DNA from: Octopus vulgaris
Lineage: Eukaryota
Length of the DNA: 64,000 bases
Assembly: GCA_951406725.2 (NCBI GenBank)
Contig: OX597829.1
Location: 52,762,001 to 52,826,000, forward strand
Direction of reading: 5' to 3'
This document shows positions 39,844 through 57,008 of this stretch, piece by piece (position 1 is the first letter of the stretch; each line of letters opens with the position of its first letter). The notes beneath the pieces were generated by a model. It did not search any database. It saw only the letters and a program-made list of their open reading frames with translations, and was not told the origin of the DNA. The translations under genes and the position numbers were made by a program.

Positions 39844-40434
39844 GGACTATTTAGATGTTGTTTTTTCACATCGCACGACCACCTGAATCGTCATGTATTT
39901 TAAGCATTTAATAAGCGAAAAATTACAAAAAAAAAACCCAGTAAACAACACATGTTTTGTAGTTTTGAGCATTTAATATGCATTTAAACAGCACATTACA
40001 AATGAAATAGTTATCAAAATATCAAACTTCAAAAATTTATCAACACAACGTAAAATATTCACAAACTGCAACAGATGGACACAAGCAGCTGAACACAGAG
40101 TAAATGCACAGGTTTCAAGTGGCTAAAGTTACCCAAAATTTGCAATCTTTAAAAGCTATTAACTCTTTATTTTTTAATTTTTTTATGGAGAAAATTAATT
40201 TCATGTCAAGGGTTAGCATACAAAATTACACCGACACACCAAATACGAAATCAATTGAAACAAAAACTGAAGAAATTGAAAAGTGGCAGCCAAATAGAAA
40301 ATATCCCCGTCCAAAAGGACAATGAAAGGTTATTACAATTCCGGACATCAGTCATCTTCTCTGGATGGTCATTAATGGAATGTTGCATATCGCAGTCTAC
40401 ATCATATATGCAAGTTCCAATAGCAAAGTTTGTC

Positions 40435-41145
40435 TCATAAAACTATACGTACGTGTGTTACATGTCCCAGGACCCCAATAATTACAGGTATAAACCTGAA
40501 CTTGTAATCTGGATAGAGAAGCTGTAGATTCCTCAATGATTCAGCAGAGGTATTTTCTTTTTCGCTGATCTTTAGCTTTGTGTTAACATCCTCTGGGCAG
40601 CTAATTTCCACAACTGTGCACAGTTTCTCTTCTCTATCCCAAATCATTATATCAGGTCTGTTGCGTTTACATTTTATTGAGGTTTTCTCTGGAACATTCC
40701 ACCAGTACGCCTTTTTATTATGAGTGGCTATGGCTTCCACCATGCTGTGAGTCCTTATTACTTTGGCCAACAGATCTCATTATAGAGTGTCCTATCTACA
40801 ACATCATGTTTCATCGGTAGATAATACCATAATATTTTCAGACAACTGCTTATGATGCAAATGATATCTCCAGTGTTAAGTCTGCATCTCTATCTCTTTT
40901 GTGCATCAGGTATTTGATCGATATTTCCTGTTCCTGGATTGTAAACGCATACTCTTCAAAGTGGGAGGTAGTAATCCGGATATTCGTCCATGATAAACTG
41001 CTTTGATGGTCAATGTTACTATCATCTCGGAGCTTTCTACTAACATATCCATGCATAGTCTTCTGCTCATATACACTAATCCTTTCATCTGATGATACGT
41101 TGCGGTAGAGTCATGCGACTTCTTTGGACATGTATTCCAGGTTAT
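40435..41145 (-). mobile_element. R4-type LINE 3' coding region (PD-D/ExK restriction-like endonuclease)
   Basis: NRPDIMIWDREEKLCTVVEISCP..N..KISEKEN..LQLLYPDYKFRFIPVIIGVLG; TSHFEEYAFTIQEQEI. Confidence 0.85.
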
Positions 41146-41149
41146 CAGA

Positions 41150-41535
41150 TAAGGAATGCTGCTCAAGGAGCTGCTTTCCAAGTCTCGTGATGTTATCTGC
41201 CTCATGTATGTATTAATGCAGGAAACTGACTGGGAGAACAATGCCTGTCATCGCCACAGATGGAAGAAGCAGGTTAATGAGGGTGGGGTCAACACTTTTG
41301 GGAGAGCACGTATTCAGCATGAAGAATTGAACCGTGCTGCTCGAAAGCACACTGTTGGTGTAGTGAATGGGGAAAGCTTGGTCTGCAATGTTTGCAGTCG
41401 TGTATACTTGTCAAGAGCAGGGCTTATTAACCACCAACTAAGCTGCAAATGCAAAATATAAGTTAGTCCTAGAGTGCACAATGTTCCTGAAGGTCAGCAT
41501 TGGTCTTCCTCGGTCACGAGTGGACGGCCATCATG
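41150..41535 (+). mobile_element. RTE LINE 3' end with C-terminal zinc finger
   Basis: WE.NAC.RHRWKKQV...LVCNVCSRVYLSRAGLINHQ; second fragment at 43075-43180. Confidence 0.8.
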
Positions 41536-41889
41536 TATGGATGGATGCATGCATGCATGCTTGTGTGGATGATGCACATATGTGTGTAAGTATGTGGGCG
41601 TAGACATGACAATATGGTAAAATTCACTTTGCAGCCATGCGGTCTCAGGCCCGATCCCACTGTGGAGCACCATGGACAAATATATTTTTACCATAATCTT
41701 GGGTTGACCCATAACTTGGGAGTGAAATTGGATAGAGTAAAACTGTGTACACACTCGTCGAGTAGGTTATACCCGTAATTCAAAGGTAGGCTTTTGCCAC
41801 GTGTTGTCACTTGCGCATGAACGTTAAGGGTACGCATGTTTATGGAATGATGTTTGCCTCGTTTCGTCAGATGGTAGCCATCTCACATT

Positions 41890-42185
41890 CGGTCACTTTT
41901 GCCGAACCGCTAAGTTACGGGGACGTAAGCACACCAGCATCGGTTATCAAACGATGTTGGGAGGACAAACACAGATACACAAACATACACACACATACAT
42001 ATATTTATATATACATATATACGACGGGCTTCTTTCAGTTTCCGTCTACCAAATCCACTCACAAGGCTTTGGTCGGCCCGAGGCTATAGTAGAAGACACT
42101 TGCCCAAGGTGCCACACAGTGGGACTGAACCCGGAACCATGTGATTCGTAAGCAAGCTAGTTACCACACAGCCACTCCTACGCCT
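41890..42185 (-). mobile_element. Young CORE-type SINE
   Basis: Very similar to 33940-34226. Confidence 0.85.
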
Positions 42186-45100
42186 TTATTAATTTATGAT
42201 AAAGAATGAATTTCATTTTCTTAATTAGCATACAAAACTAAATTTGAAGAGACTTGGAACAAAATTGAAGAAAATACGAAATCTGTGACAGCAACTGAAA
42301 AGATCTGATGATGGTGTATGTTGTATGACCAAACTCGAGGCACCCAGTGACTTCAAAATTCGACGTTGATGATGTGTCCAAACATTGCATATGTAGATGT
42401 GTGTATATTGAACTACAGATTGTAAGAATAAAAAGTTAATATCGTAAACCGATATTTCATTTACTTGTGGTAGATTAATTCCACGAAGGCCGACATACAA
42501 CTAGATACTGTTAACTTGGCATAATAATTTAATTCGCTATGATGCTCCATTAGTTTTTGTCACCCAATTGTAGAAATTTGAGAAAGGTGTTGAGTTGAGA
42601 GTAAGTGGGTCACAACAGCTGCAGCAAAGTTAGGAGATACCGGCTCGGAGAATGGGTCGAATCTGTCGTATAGTTTGCTAATGATATTAAGGATCTAAGA
42701 TGTTAATATTATTGAACAACAGCTTCAGTTGTATAAAATAATGTTCTCAGGGGATCGTCATACACAAAGAATTAGACTCCTTGGGTTATGTTTTCGTGAT
42801 ACATTTGTCACACACACGCATGTACCAAAAACGAAACTTTTATTTTCTGTGATCAAAATTTTACGACCGGTTGATAAGTTATCTTCCGAAGTGTTTCATT
42901 TTTACATTCCAAATACTAATCCTTGTGCTCCATCTAAAAAAACACTGAATTTAAATTGTGAACTTTTTTATTTTCGTATTTGTGAAGGATATTTTGAAAT
43001 TTCTTGTTGAAAATGCTTGATTTGATCCTCGATATTTTAATACAACACCACGCCGTGAAATTTAAGGATCGTAGGGAAAATGCTTTGCAGTACTTTTGAA
43101 AGAGCACGTATCCAGCATGAAGAACGTAAGCGTGCTGCTCGAAAGCACACTGCTGGTGTAGTGAATTGGGAAAGTTCTTTACGTTATGAATACTGTTCAT
43201 TGGACAAAACTGACCTAACATCCCCATTAAAACATGACTCGTTTTCTTGTTAGCTATATTGCGCACCGCCCACCTCTAGGCAGTGCCATCTTTAGGCATG
43301 AGGCACAAAGGACAGTTACAAAGAATAAGTCCTGGGGTCGATTTACTCGACTAAAGGCGGTGCTCCAGCATGGCCACGGTCAAATGACTGAAATAAGTAA
43401 AAGAGTAAACAAAAAGTTAATAGTTTTTAAAGTTTTCAAATTTCGGATAATTTTAGCCAATCGAAAGTTCCCATTATACAATATGACTGTAGGTCTCACA
43501 TTAGTGTCTGTTTCCATAGAAACAAACGAAGCTGTAGTCTGTTCCGTTTTCATTGCAACAAGGACGCTGTATAGCTCGACTATGACACTTTTACCATCCC
43601 ACCACCACAAATTTTGATGACAATCATTTTGTGGCAGACACTATTCACGCAGGAAATGTCGGCTTCCGATTCTGGTTTTCGATTAGCTAAAAATGATCAA
43701 ACTTTGAGTCTCTGTAACATTTTTCAAAATTTTTTTTTCTGGAAAAAAATGAATCCCAAATTCGGATTCAGCGTGAAAAATGACATCAATAAACCAAATT
43801 TGAAAATTTTCACATAATTAAAAACTTTCCAAATCTGTCGTAGCAGATAACATTCAACTGATCCCAGCATCCACCTCTTTTCAGTCAGAGCCATCCAGAG
43901 GCCATCTTGGCAGCCTTTACATTATTTTTTATGGCTTTTCTTCTGCAAGCTCCTGAAATGCCCAGAATCCCATAGGCCTTACGATTTTCAAACCCTTGAC
44001 TGTTAACCTCTACCTGAAAAAGTCGTGTTCTCCTCTTATTCTTGTGACAGACCTTCAACAACTCCTACTACTAAGTTCTCTTTCTTTTTCGCGCCTCTTC
44101 TAACTTCTCCCATCTCACACCTAACTCCAGGACTAGCTACTTTGTTGCCCTGGAAACCAAAACAAGATGTGGTATCAGCAAAGTGTGAATGATATGTACT
44201 GAAAACTTTAATTGTTTCTCCAGATCAACCTCCATCTCAAGTCCTATGTTATAAAAAGTAATCTCTCAGAGCTTCCCTTGGGTCTTTTCATTGGGGTCTC
44301 TCCCTCCTTGATTAAGAAAGACTGTACATTTGGCTTAGTCAGATGTATACTGGCGTTTTCGCTGTCACTGATCCTCTCGCTGACTGCCTCAGCAATGGTC
44401 TTTGAGACCTGATCGTGTCTCCACGATAGCTTCCTTCACTCAGTGCCCTGGAGTAGATGCTTAAGATGTATTCAAGGGTACTTGCCTCAGAATGCAGAGG
44501 GCAAGCTGGAACATTCACTGAGCTGAATGTAATTAAGTTAGACGGGTTGGAAAGGACATTACAAAATCTCACCCCTGGATCAAGAACTTTATTTTTTGCG
44601 GGTCCCACTTCCAGATATCTTTCAAGGTGAAATTCTGCTCCATCGTCCGCTTCCATCGCCACTGCTTTGCTTGTCCACTGCCCGCTCACTGATTCTCTCA
44701 CCTCTTCCTGCATCAACTTCCTCATTTTCTTATTATTAGTTACCCCATATTGTGTTGTCGAGCCTCCAAATCGACTTCTGTCCCGCCTCCAAGAAGGGGT
44801 TTGTGTTTCAGATGCTCCACTACTTGCTGGACTGCTTTAGCTGTCTTCCACCTACTCCCTGTTCTTACTGCAATCCATGCCCCTCACATTTTGGTGTTCC
44901 TGGAACTCATCCACATGTTCTCGTACATGTAACGTCTTGAATTCTTCCCAAATGGAAGTGTACGGAAACCTGAGCTTGCTTTTGTCTGTCCCTTCTCTTC
45001 TGTTATATCCTTGAGTTTGGATATAGGCTACACTGTAACAGTGTTATAACACTACAAAAACAAAATCAGTAACAAACACGTAACAGACTTATATCTCTTC

Positions 45101-45299
45101 TCAACGACTGCACTCAGCACACCTTGCTATCTCTTTTATTTGGCACCCAGGCCATGACACAGAATGAAGGATGAACAATAATTAAAGAAGATGAAAAGGC
45201 TGCATACGCCCCACTCGCGAGCAGAATCATTTAAATATTTTAATTTAACGTTTTTATATCATTTCTTTTTCCTTCTATTTTTCCTCTTCTTTTTCTTTT

Positions 45300-46650
45300 A
45301 GCATCTTGTGTTACAGAGTCGAAATTTTAAACATTTTCTTACTTTTTACCATTTTATATATGGCAATAAGTTCTGATAGTCTATTACTGGCGGCAAGTCA
45401 TCAAACTCCACGCGTACTCCCATTGGGTCTATCCTGTTTCCGAACAAATCTCTGTCTTTCGTGCCTTTGCTTGTCTATCACAATTGCCTTTGTACTCTCT
45501 CGGTAATATTCTGTTGATTGTTTTACTCTTATTACCGACTTCAATTTGATTATTTTCCTCTCGATCTCCGTGCTTTTTGCATGTGTCAGCATATGCCACT
45601 TTTTGGGTTACTCGTTCCTGCAGTAAAACTTGGTTTTCCAAGCTGATTTCCTTTGTTGTTGACGTTGTAGGAATATTACGCAGTGTATAATCTGCACATT
45701 CCGTTCTACTTTCTTTCCTTTTCTTTAACGGACACTTTGGCGGTGAGCCCGCACCTTCTTGTCTTTTTTTCCTAGTTACCACCGTATATGCCTCCTCCAT
45801 CTCCACCGAACACTTCTCGCTTACTGGGGTTGTCACTTCGGCACTCTGTTCCTGTTAGGCACACTGCTGCTGTTGTTCCTCTTCACCTTTGTTGTCTTTC
45901 TGGGGGCACCTTGCTTTCATGTGTCCCTTCTCTCCACATTGATAACAGGTTGGTGGTCTTCCCTCCACCACTACTCTCAATCTCACGGCAATATCACTTA
46001 TTCCGTTATTTCCTACAAGTCTTTCAGACTGACATGTATGGCCATTTCAAGGCCATATCCTCACTAGTTTACTTTTTCGTCCTCGTTACTTTTAAAATTT
46101 TCGCGTCTTCCTCTATATTATGTATAATGGCTGCCACCATCCACGCCTCTTTAATCTCCGGGGATACTCTACCTATCCTTACTCTAGCCACTCGTTTGCC
46201 AAAGTAAGTTGGCAGAAGTACCCACTCTTGCGTCCTTAGCGCTACAGTGGAGTGATTTATCGCTTCCTGTTCGTTAGCGAACCTCACCTCCACTGTGCCG
46301 TATTTTCTTCCTCTCATGTAGAATGTTGTGAAGCTTTTTTATTTCCTTCAAACACTCTTCTATGGCTTCCACAGTAGCTTTTTTTTTTTTTTTGGCGTAG
46401 ACAGCGTTCTGTAGACCACTGTTCGCTTTGTTATGCTGGCTGTTAAATTTTTCGGCGGGATCAGCCTTAAACTGGTTCCTTCCTTCTCAATTAACCTGTT
46501 GTATTCTTTCAGTTTCTTTGGCTCAATCTTCACTTCTCGAACCTCTAACGCATCAGTAGTTAAACCTTTTCCAGTTGCTAACGCATAACTGCTGGCATGT
46601 GCCTGAACTGGTTCGTACTCAATCCTTCCTTTTCTTCTCCACTTCACCCA
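45300..46650 (-). mobile_element. L1/Tx1-type ORF1 (gag-like; RRM-like region + CCHC knuckle), disrupted
   Basis: ORFs 46360-46647, 46069-46317 and 45429-45836 are co-linear; GRPPTCYQCGEKGHMKARCP zinc knuckle near 45900-45963. Confidence 0.75.
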
Positions 46651-47644
46651 TAAATGGAGAAGTAAACAAATACAAAATCACACACCCGTAGGCAAAATGC
46701 AGCAACAGTAATTCAACAATTCAACAAATTAAATCATAGGTTCACCCTTACGGGAGACCTTCAACAAATAATTAACAATGCGACTTACGTCTAACAGGGA
46801 TCAAAAATGATTTAACCGAACAGAAAAACATCACACTGTACCCCGCACTGTCAGTACGGATGCGCCTTTATAAGGTTTAGAACAGTTCACTTGCTACCTC
46901 ACAGGGGTGTCAGGATTTCATCACATCTTCAGAGTCAGAAGATAATAGGATTCCCAACAATTGTTGACACTCTACAAAGTTCAGGTGAGGCCACTGTGGA
47001 ATATTTGTTTTATATCTAAGGCAAGGCTACAGTTCCACACACAAACATCCTAGACCACATCTGGAAAAAGTCCACTCGACTGATTGACATAAAGTCTCCC
47101 TCACACAAACATCCTCCAACTTCTGGCCCACGGATGCATTATTTCATCACACTGCCTTTTAATTTTTTTTACAGCTATTATAATGGTGTCTGCCCTTTGG
47201 AGCATAATCCATCCTTTACTCAGGAATTCCTGCCATACTCACCTCTCCTCCTCGTGTGTTCTGTATCCCTCATCAGCCTCGTATTAATTCCTGCGTCCAA
47301 TCGTCCATTCTTAGAACCTCAGCCCTCAGAAACCCCGCCTCCCTATATACACCTTTCCCACCGATTTTGACATTTAAATGTTCAAGACGAATGATAATGG
47401 CACCAATGCCATCGGTCAAGGAGAGCCCGTAAAGGCCATGGTGCACTGCTCATTCTTCCAGGTTCAACAAATGCTAATTCAAAAAGAAAAATGTTATGTG
47501 TTTTATTATAGTCATATTATGTTCTTTCTCTAATTTAGTTACTTTTTTGTTGTCTTCAACGTACAATGTATCTATTTCCAGTATCATACATAGTAATACT
47601 GGAGCTGTGACCTCTCAACACGGAAAATCCTGTATTACAGACTT

Positions 47645-47955
47645 GTGATCACAATCATAAGGTAGTGAGTTCGATTCCTGGGCCAGGCTGTGTGCTGTGT
47701 TCTTGAGCAAGACACTTTATTTCACATTGCTCCAGTTCACTGAGTTGTAGAAACGAGTTACGACATCACTTGGTGCCAAGCTGTATCGGCCCCTTTTGCT
47801 TTTCCCTCGGGTAACATCGGTGGCGTAGAGAGTGAGATGCTTGTGTGCATGGGTGACTGATGGTCTTCTATAAACAACCATGCTCAGCCTTGTGCCTCGG
47901 GGCGGGGAACTTTCTAGGTGCAATCTCATGGTAATTCATGATCGAAGAGGGTCCT
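47645..47955 (+). mobile_element. tRNA-derived CORE-type SINE, distinct family
   Basis: gagttcgattcc B box; gtgttcttgagcaagacactttatttcac CORE-like segment. Confidence 0.75.
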
Positions 47956-47974
47956 CGTTTTGATTAGAATATTA

Positions 47975-48243
47975 CTGGAAAGAATTGCAAGACGGATTCT
48001 TTAAGCCGAGCCGTCCTGCAGGAGACCTAGCGATAGACCAAGAATGAGATGGTCGGATAATATCCATAGACTCAATTTGTCATGCTTGGGAATCCAACCG
48101 GAAAATTTGATGACGGCAGCTTTTTAATAGGTTCTCATGGAGGAGATGCCTGAGGACTCTACCCCAACGGGAGAAGACAGACGGCTGGATGGATGAGTGG
48201 ATGGATGGATGGATGGATGGATGGATGGATGAATGGATGGATG
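47975..48243 (+). mobile_element. RTE LINE 3' end with (GGAT)n tail
   Basis: RRPSDRPRMRWSDNI...SWRRCL, then (GGAT)n; related copy at 62255-62520. Confidence 0.75.
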
Positions 48244-49072
48244 TTTCTAAGAAAAGACACGTAGAGATCTAGCTGTTTGCATGATCTAAAAAAAATTAGG
48301 CATAGAAAGAATTATGCTAATTACACAAACGAACGGGATTTCCTCGAATATAAAAATTAAAAATTCTATTTCAAAATCGAGCGGTTATTCGTCAGTGAAA
48401 TTTGCTGAAACATTTTCTTGAGAAATTTCAGTCAAATTACGCCATGTTTTTTCTGTTTTAGTCGCCATTTGCTTTCTATACCTCACAATAAAATTCTGCA
48501 AATCATTTCTCTGGTATATATGTAGACATTGTCATCAAATGTACCAGGTAACCAACAGCCATCGCAATCAATATAATAATAAAAATGATAACAATAGAAA
48601 TAAAGTCTGATTTTGTCAGGTAATAAAAATAAGAATAAAGATTTATTGATTATTTCAACGTGAAGTGAGTTTGGCTGCTAGACATAAAAACAATAATGCA
48701 ATTTGTAATTCAGGGGACTGAATGACCGATTCAGTCAACTAGTTCTTATAACCATTATATACTTCCAATTAGGCCCAAAACTTCGGAAAGTATTGGTATT
48801 CGCGATCTTCAAAGGTTACAAAACTCAAACCATTCAATTAAAGACAATCCAAGAGTTTTAACATATGGTTCTTTAGTATTTCTCTAAACCTCTAGCTAAG
48901 TTAGAGATAATCAATTTACATAATTTTATATATATATATATATTTAGTTTAAACGAAATTTTATTGATGAAATAAATACTTCCAGCGAATGACAAAATAT
49001 TTTCTCCTTGGAATGAAATAGTTATATTATTTGATGTATATCAATCGTATCCAAACACAACCAACGGTTCTT

Positions 49073-49074
<2 letters not shown>

Positions 49075-49141
<67 letters not shown>

Positions 49142-49373
49142 AAGAAGAAGAAGAAGAAGAAGAAGAAGAAGGAGGAGGAGGAGGAGGAGGAGGAGGAGGA
49201 GGAGAAGAAGAAGAAGAAGAAGAAGAAGAAGAAGGAGGAGGAGGAGGAGGAGGAGGAGAAGGAGAAGGAGGAGGAGGAGGAGAAGGAGGAGGAGAAGAAG
49301 AAGAAGAAGAAGAAGAAGAAGAAGAAGAAGAAGAAGGAGGAGGAGGAGGAGGAGAAGAAGAAGAAGAAGAAGA
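49075..49373. repeat. (AAT)/(AAG)/(GAG) compound microsatellite at a LINE tail
   Basis: Directly visible. Confidence 0.95.
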
Positions 49374-52295
<2,922 letters not shown>

Positions 52296-52300
<5 letters not shown>

Positions 52301-53538
52301 TTTCTTTTATTTGCCACCAGGACGGAGGGGGACAATACAAAGACAGACATAAAATGTGGGAATGGTAAAAATAGCAAGATATAGGATCGGTGGACGTTCC
52401 ACTTTAGCTATATCGAGAAGATTAGTAGCGAGGAAGTGCGGCGGCGTCCTCATGGAGATCCTGGGCGCCAACGAAAACTAGTCTGTTCCGGAGGACTTTC
52501 CGGTTGGGGACTACTATGGTTAATTTCCAGATGTCTTTGACCTGGCAGCACTATCGATTCGAGATAAAACTCTACGGATACGGATATCCTGTCAGACGAG
52601 CTTGTCCGAGGTTGCGCGCAGAGCGATGAAACCGTTCTGCATGCAACTCGTTCAGTGTCTGAGTTTTGCTAACTTGTGGAGTTATGTCGTCGATCAGCTG
52701 CTATTGCGTGTAGGAGAGATCCATCTGTCGATCGAGTCCGTAGAGTCGATTGCCCCTCTGGCCTCCTTTAGTCGGGCAGGCAAGGCAGTTTTCCTTTGCC
52801 TGGTGGCTGTGGCGAAAGAGGTTGTCTGATGGACAAGTCTGAAAGGAACGGGGACTGAGACAGTCCTCTTTAGAATATCCTTCACCGACTTTTGCAAGTT
52901 TCACTTGAAATGGAAAGTGAAGGTGGAGAGGGAGAAGCTGCCCTCGGGTGAATTTATAAAAAAAGGTGGGTGAAAGTTGTGAAAATGGCAAGAGTGGGTG
53001 GTACCGCTCTATGTGTAGACCGGTGAATCGGAGGAAAGGAGTTGGAGAGGGACTTGTCCTTGGTATTCAAGGAAATCTTGGATGGTGGGGTTCTTCGATT
53101 AACCCTAGAGGTCCTCCTGGATCAGAAGGACCACCCCTCAATATCATATTTCCCCCCTTACTGTCATATAATATGTATACCTATTTCTTTACTACCCACA
53201 AGGGGCTAAACACTGACGGGACAAACAAGGACAGACAACCGGATTAAGTCTATTACATCGACCCCAGTGCGTAACTGGTACTTAATTTATCGACCCAGAA
53301 AGGATGAAAGGCAAAGTCGACCTCGGCGGAATTTGAACTCAGAACGTAACGGCAGACGAAATACGGCTAAGCATTTCGCCCGGCGTGCTAACGATTCTGT
53401 CAGCTACCGTGTATACTTTTCTCTTTTTTTCTTTTAATCATTTCATTATTATATGTAAACCCCTATATTTTATGTCTGTCTTTCTATTGTCCCCTCATCC
53501 TTCGCTCTGCTGACAAATAAAAGAAATCATTATTATTA
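52296..53538 (+). mobile_element. Tx1/L1-like LINE 3' region (+) preceded by an inverted 3' terminus (52296-52370, -)
   Basis: Homologous to 49374-50727 in opposite orientation; both ends read ..caaataaaagaaat into (ATT)n. Confidence 0.75.
53181..53409 (-). mobile_element. Young Nin/Deu SINE inserted in the LINE 3' UTR
   Basis: CpG-rich and intact; flanked by a tgtatac direct repeat (53174-53180 / 53410-53416). Confidence 0.9.
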
Positions 53539-53539
53539 C

Positions 53540-53708
53540 CTGGCAGAGTCGTTAGAGCGCCGGGCAAAATGCATTAGCAGTATCTCGTCTGTCTTCGTGT
53601 TCTGAGTTCAAATTCCGCCGAGGTCGACTTTATCTTTCATCCTTTCGGGGTCGGTGAATTAAGTACAAGTCAAATACTGGAGTCAATGTGATCGACTATA
53701 CTCCTCGG

Positions 53709-53710
<2 letters not shown>
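53540..53710 (+). mobile_element. Nin/Deu SINE
   Basis: tggcagagtcgttag..gagttcaaattccgccgaggtcgac..ctttcatcctttcgggg. Confidence 0.85.
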
Positions 53711-53746
<36 letters not shown>

Positions 53747-53766
53747 CCATCACCACCACCACCACC

Positions 53767-53800
<34 letters not shown>

Positions 53801-53821
53801 TCATCATCATTATTATTATTA

Positions 53822-54535
53822 GTGAGTGAGAGAGCAGACCATGCCATCAAAGTGATACTGGGGTAAAATATTCGAAGCCGAGCATACCCACCATTGTTAT
53901 ATAATCCGAATAAAGTATCTCGTATCGTTAACACGTTGTTTCAGTCTCTCTCATTTTCTTAATCTTTCATACTAAGTACTCACTACTTCCTTTAATACTC
54001 AATACTATATATATAACAACAACAACCATGACTACCTGTCTGATTAGGGTACATTAGGTACATGCATCACAACCATATGTGTGCGACATGGTGATCTCAC
54101 ATCAAGATAAACAGTGCATGACCTTGCAAGTAGGGCCCAGTTAGAATTTCCTTCTGGTCGAGTAGACCGTCCCGCTCAAAAGGTCCCTGAATAAAGGTTG
54201 TTTAAGGATGTTGAAAGAACCACCCATGTTTCCAAAGGTGAATTATTCCAACCCCAAAGAATCCCTCTCAACACACGACCATGATGCTCCCCCACTACTT
54301 CTGCTTGTGGTCTGAGATGCACATGTCGTCAGCCACTAAGGGACATGGTCAACTGGTCAGTTGTTTAACCTGGTTAAGGTCAAACAACTGACAAGCAAAT
54401 CTGTGGTATTGAGCAGAATATTTGCTGTTAACCCATCTTTTATACAAAGATAAAACAATGTACATGATAACACTTCCAATCAGTTAAGATCAGAAGCCAC
54501 GAGAGCTACTGCCTTGTACTGCATCAGGGCATTTA
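53822..54535 (+). mobile_element. Non-coding retroposon-like repeat between (ATC/ACC/ATT)n arrays
   Basis: Ends gcatcagggcatttattatc; internal palindrome at 54356-54392; no ORF. Confidence 0.45.
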
Positions 54536-54629
54536 TTATCATCATCATCATCATCATCATCACCACCACCACCACCACACATCCACCACCACCACCACCA
54601 CCACCACCACCACCACCACCACCACCACC

Positions 54630-54765
<136 letters not shown>

Positions 54766-55032
54766 GGTGCTGAACATTACTCATGCGTTTCCCAATGCCA
54801 AATAACTAATATAGGAATTATCTTGTTTACGTTTACTGTTTTTCGTTCAATTGAATATCATCAGGAATTAGCGATATTTTTTTTTTTCGCTCTTTGTGTC
54901 TGATATACATATAAACGATGCGTGTGACCGTGTCTGCATGTCATTTTCACTTGCTTCTCACTTTCTTCCATTTACATTACAATGTCGTTGATTGAATAAA
55001 TAAGTAACTAAATGTGTAAATAAATAAATGAA

Positions 55033-55063
<31 letters not shown>

Positions 55064-55161
55064 ATATGTAAATAAGTAAATACGTAAATAAATAAACTAG
55101 TTATTCAATGTTAATCTCTGCTGGCATCACGCGTCCTGAGCAGCCACCGATAACATACGCT

Positions 55162-55560
<399 letters not shown>

Positions 55561-56097
55561 ACAAGTGATAGCTGCAAGACTCGTTTAAATGTAGGAACGA
55601 AATATTTGACACTTCCATTAAGAATGAAATATTCATTGAAAGAAGAAGTTGTGAGGTTAATGAGTTTCCCAGATAGAATAGAGAGAAATAAAACAAAGCT
55701 CTTAGAATTGGAAGTGAAACTGAGTTACGGACGCGATCAGTTAATGCATCTTACGGCAACATCACAGGCTCTTTTCTCAAATGCATTTGTGATATGAGTT
55801 TTCTTGACTGGCTTAACATGGAATTGATCTTTGTTAGATATACCCGGGATGGCCAATTCGTTGCTGTTGTTACTTTTTTAAAAATTCAGTTTGGTAAGTC
55901 TGGGACCTATAAACCTCATAATCAATTTGTTAGGTTCCTATTTGGTTAAACATAAGTAGTTTGTAATTTGATGAGATGTACCGTGGTTGAATGACCAAGA
56001 TGTCTTAAAATAATATAAATGCGGGATCTTTTCATTTTGAAGGCCAGATTTTCCTAGTTAACTAAAAAATTTGAAACTTCGTATACTGGTAGAATGC

Positions 56098-56343
56098 GCC
56101 CTTTTAAAGCCTAGCTAGGCTCATGAGCCCTGTTTCCCGGTTTCTATGGCTTATGTGCTCCCCAGCTGGACGGGATGCCAGAGCATCGCAGCGTTACTCA
56201 TTTTTGCCAGCTGAGTGGACTGGAGCAACGTGAAATGAAGTGTTTTACTCAAGAACACAACGCGTCTCCCGGTCCAGGAATCGAAACCACAATCTTACGA
56301 TCATGATGTTGACATCCTAACCACTAAGCCACGCGCCTCCACA
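56098..56343 (-). mobile_element. tRNA-derived SINE with CORE-like and V-like domains
   Basis: gtggaggcgcgtggcttagtggttagg..gtttcgattcc; gtgttcttgagtaaaacactt; ctgcgatgctctggcatcccgtccag. Confidence 0.8.
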
Positions 56344-56700
56344 CTAAGATGCCTTGCTCGGATCATTTTATTTTCTGCACTCCACAATGCATAATTGCAG
56401 CTGCCTTCCTCTCCGTTGAGCCTTAAAAGGTTTCTTCTGCAGAATCCACCAGACCAAGTCTCCTCATGCATAGATAAACAAGCGCCAATATGCTAATTAA
56501 CCCGTAACTGGGACCCTGACAAATGTTTACGACTCTGGGTCAGAAAAGACATAGGAACAATGATTACGAATTGGTTAGACTCTCCTCAAAACACTGGAAC
56601 TCACTAACAGATGCAGTCTAAAGTCATACACAGAACGTAGAGTGAGAGAGAGAGACAGACAGACAGACAGACGGACAGACAGAGAGAGAGAGACAGAGAA

Positions 56701-56731
<31 letters not shown>

Positions 56732-56823
56732 GAGGGGGAAAGAAAGATAGATAGATAGATACATACATACATACATACATACATACATGCGTACGTACGT
56801 ACATACACACACACAAACATACA

Positions 56824-56933
<110 letters not shown>

Positions 56934-56968
56934 CATACAAATATATATATATATATATATATACATAC

Positions 56969-57006
<38 letters not shown>

Positions 57007-57008
<2 letters not shown>

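Larger units (their letters stand above)
39221..43844. mobile_element. Long-TIR DNA element (~180 bp imperfect TIRs) enclosing nested insertions
   Basis: 39221-39400 is the reverse complement of 43660-43844 (gctac..aaatttggt.tattga.gt.atttttca.gctgaa..ttttccagaaa..gttacagag..aaagtttg.tca). Confidence 0.6.

Noticed and set aside
55606-55895. Possible exon (63-aa ORF and a gtaagt site)
   Set aside because: No acceptor, stop before the donor, no partner exons
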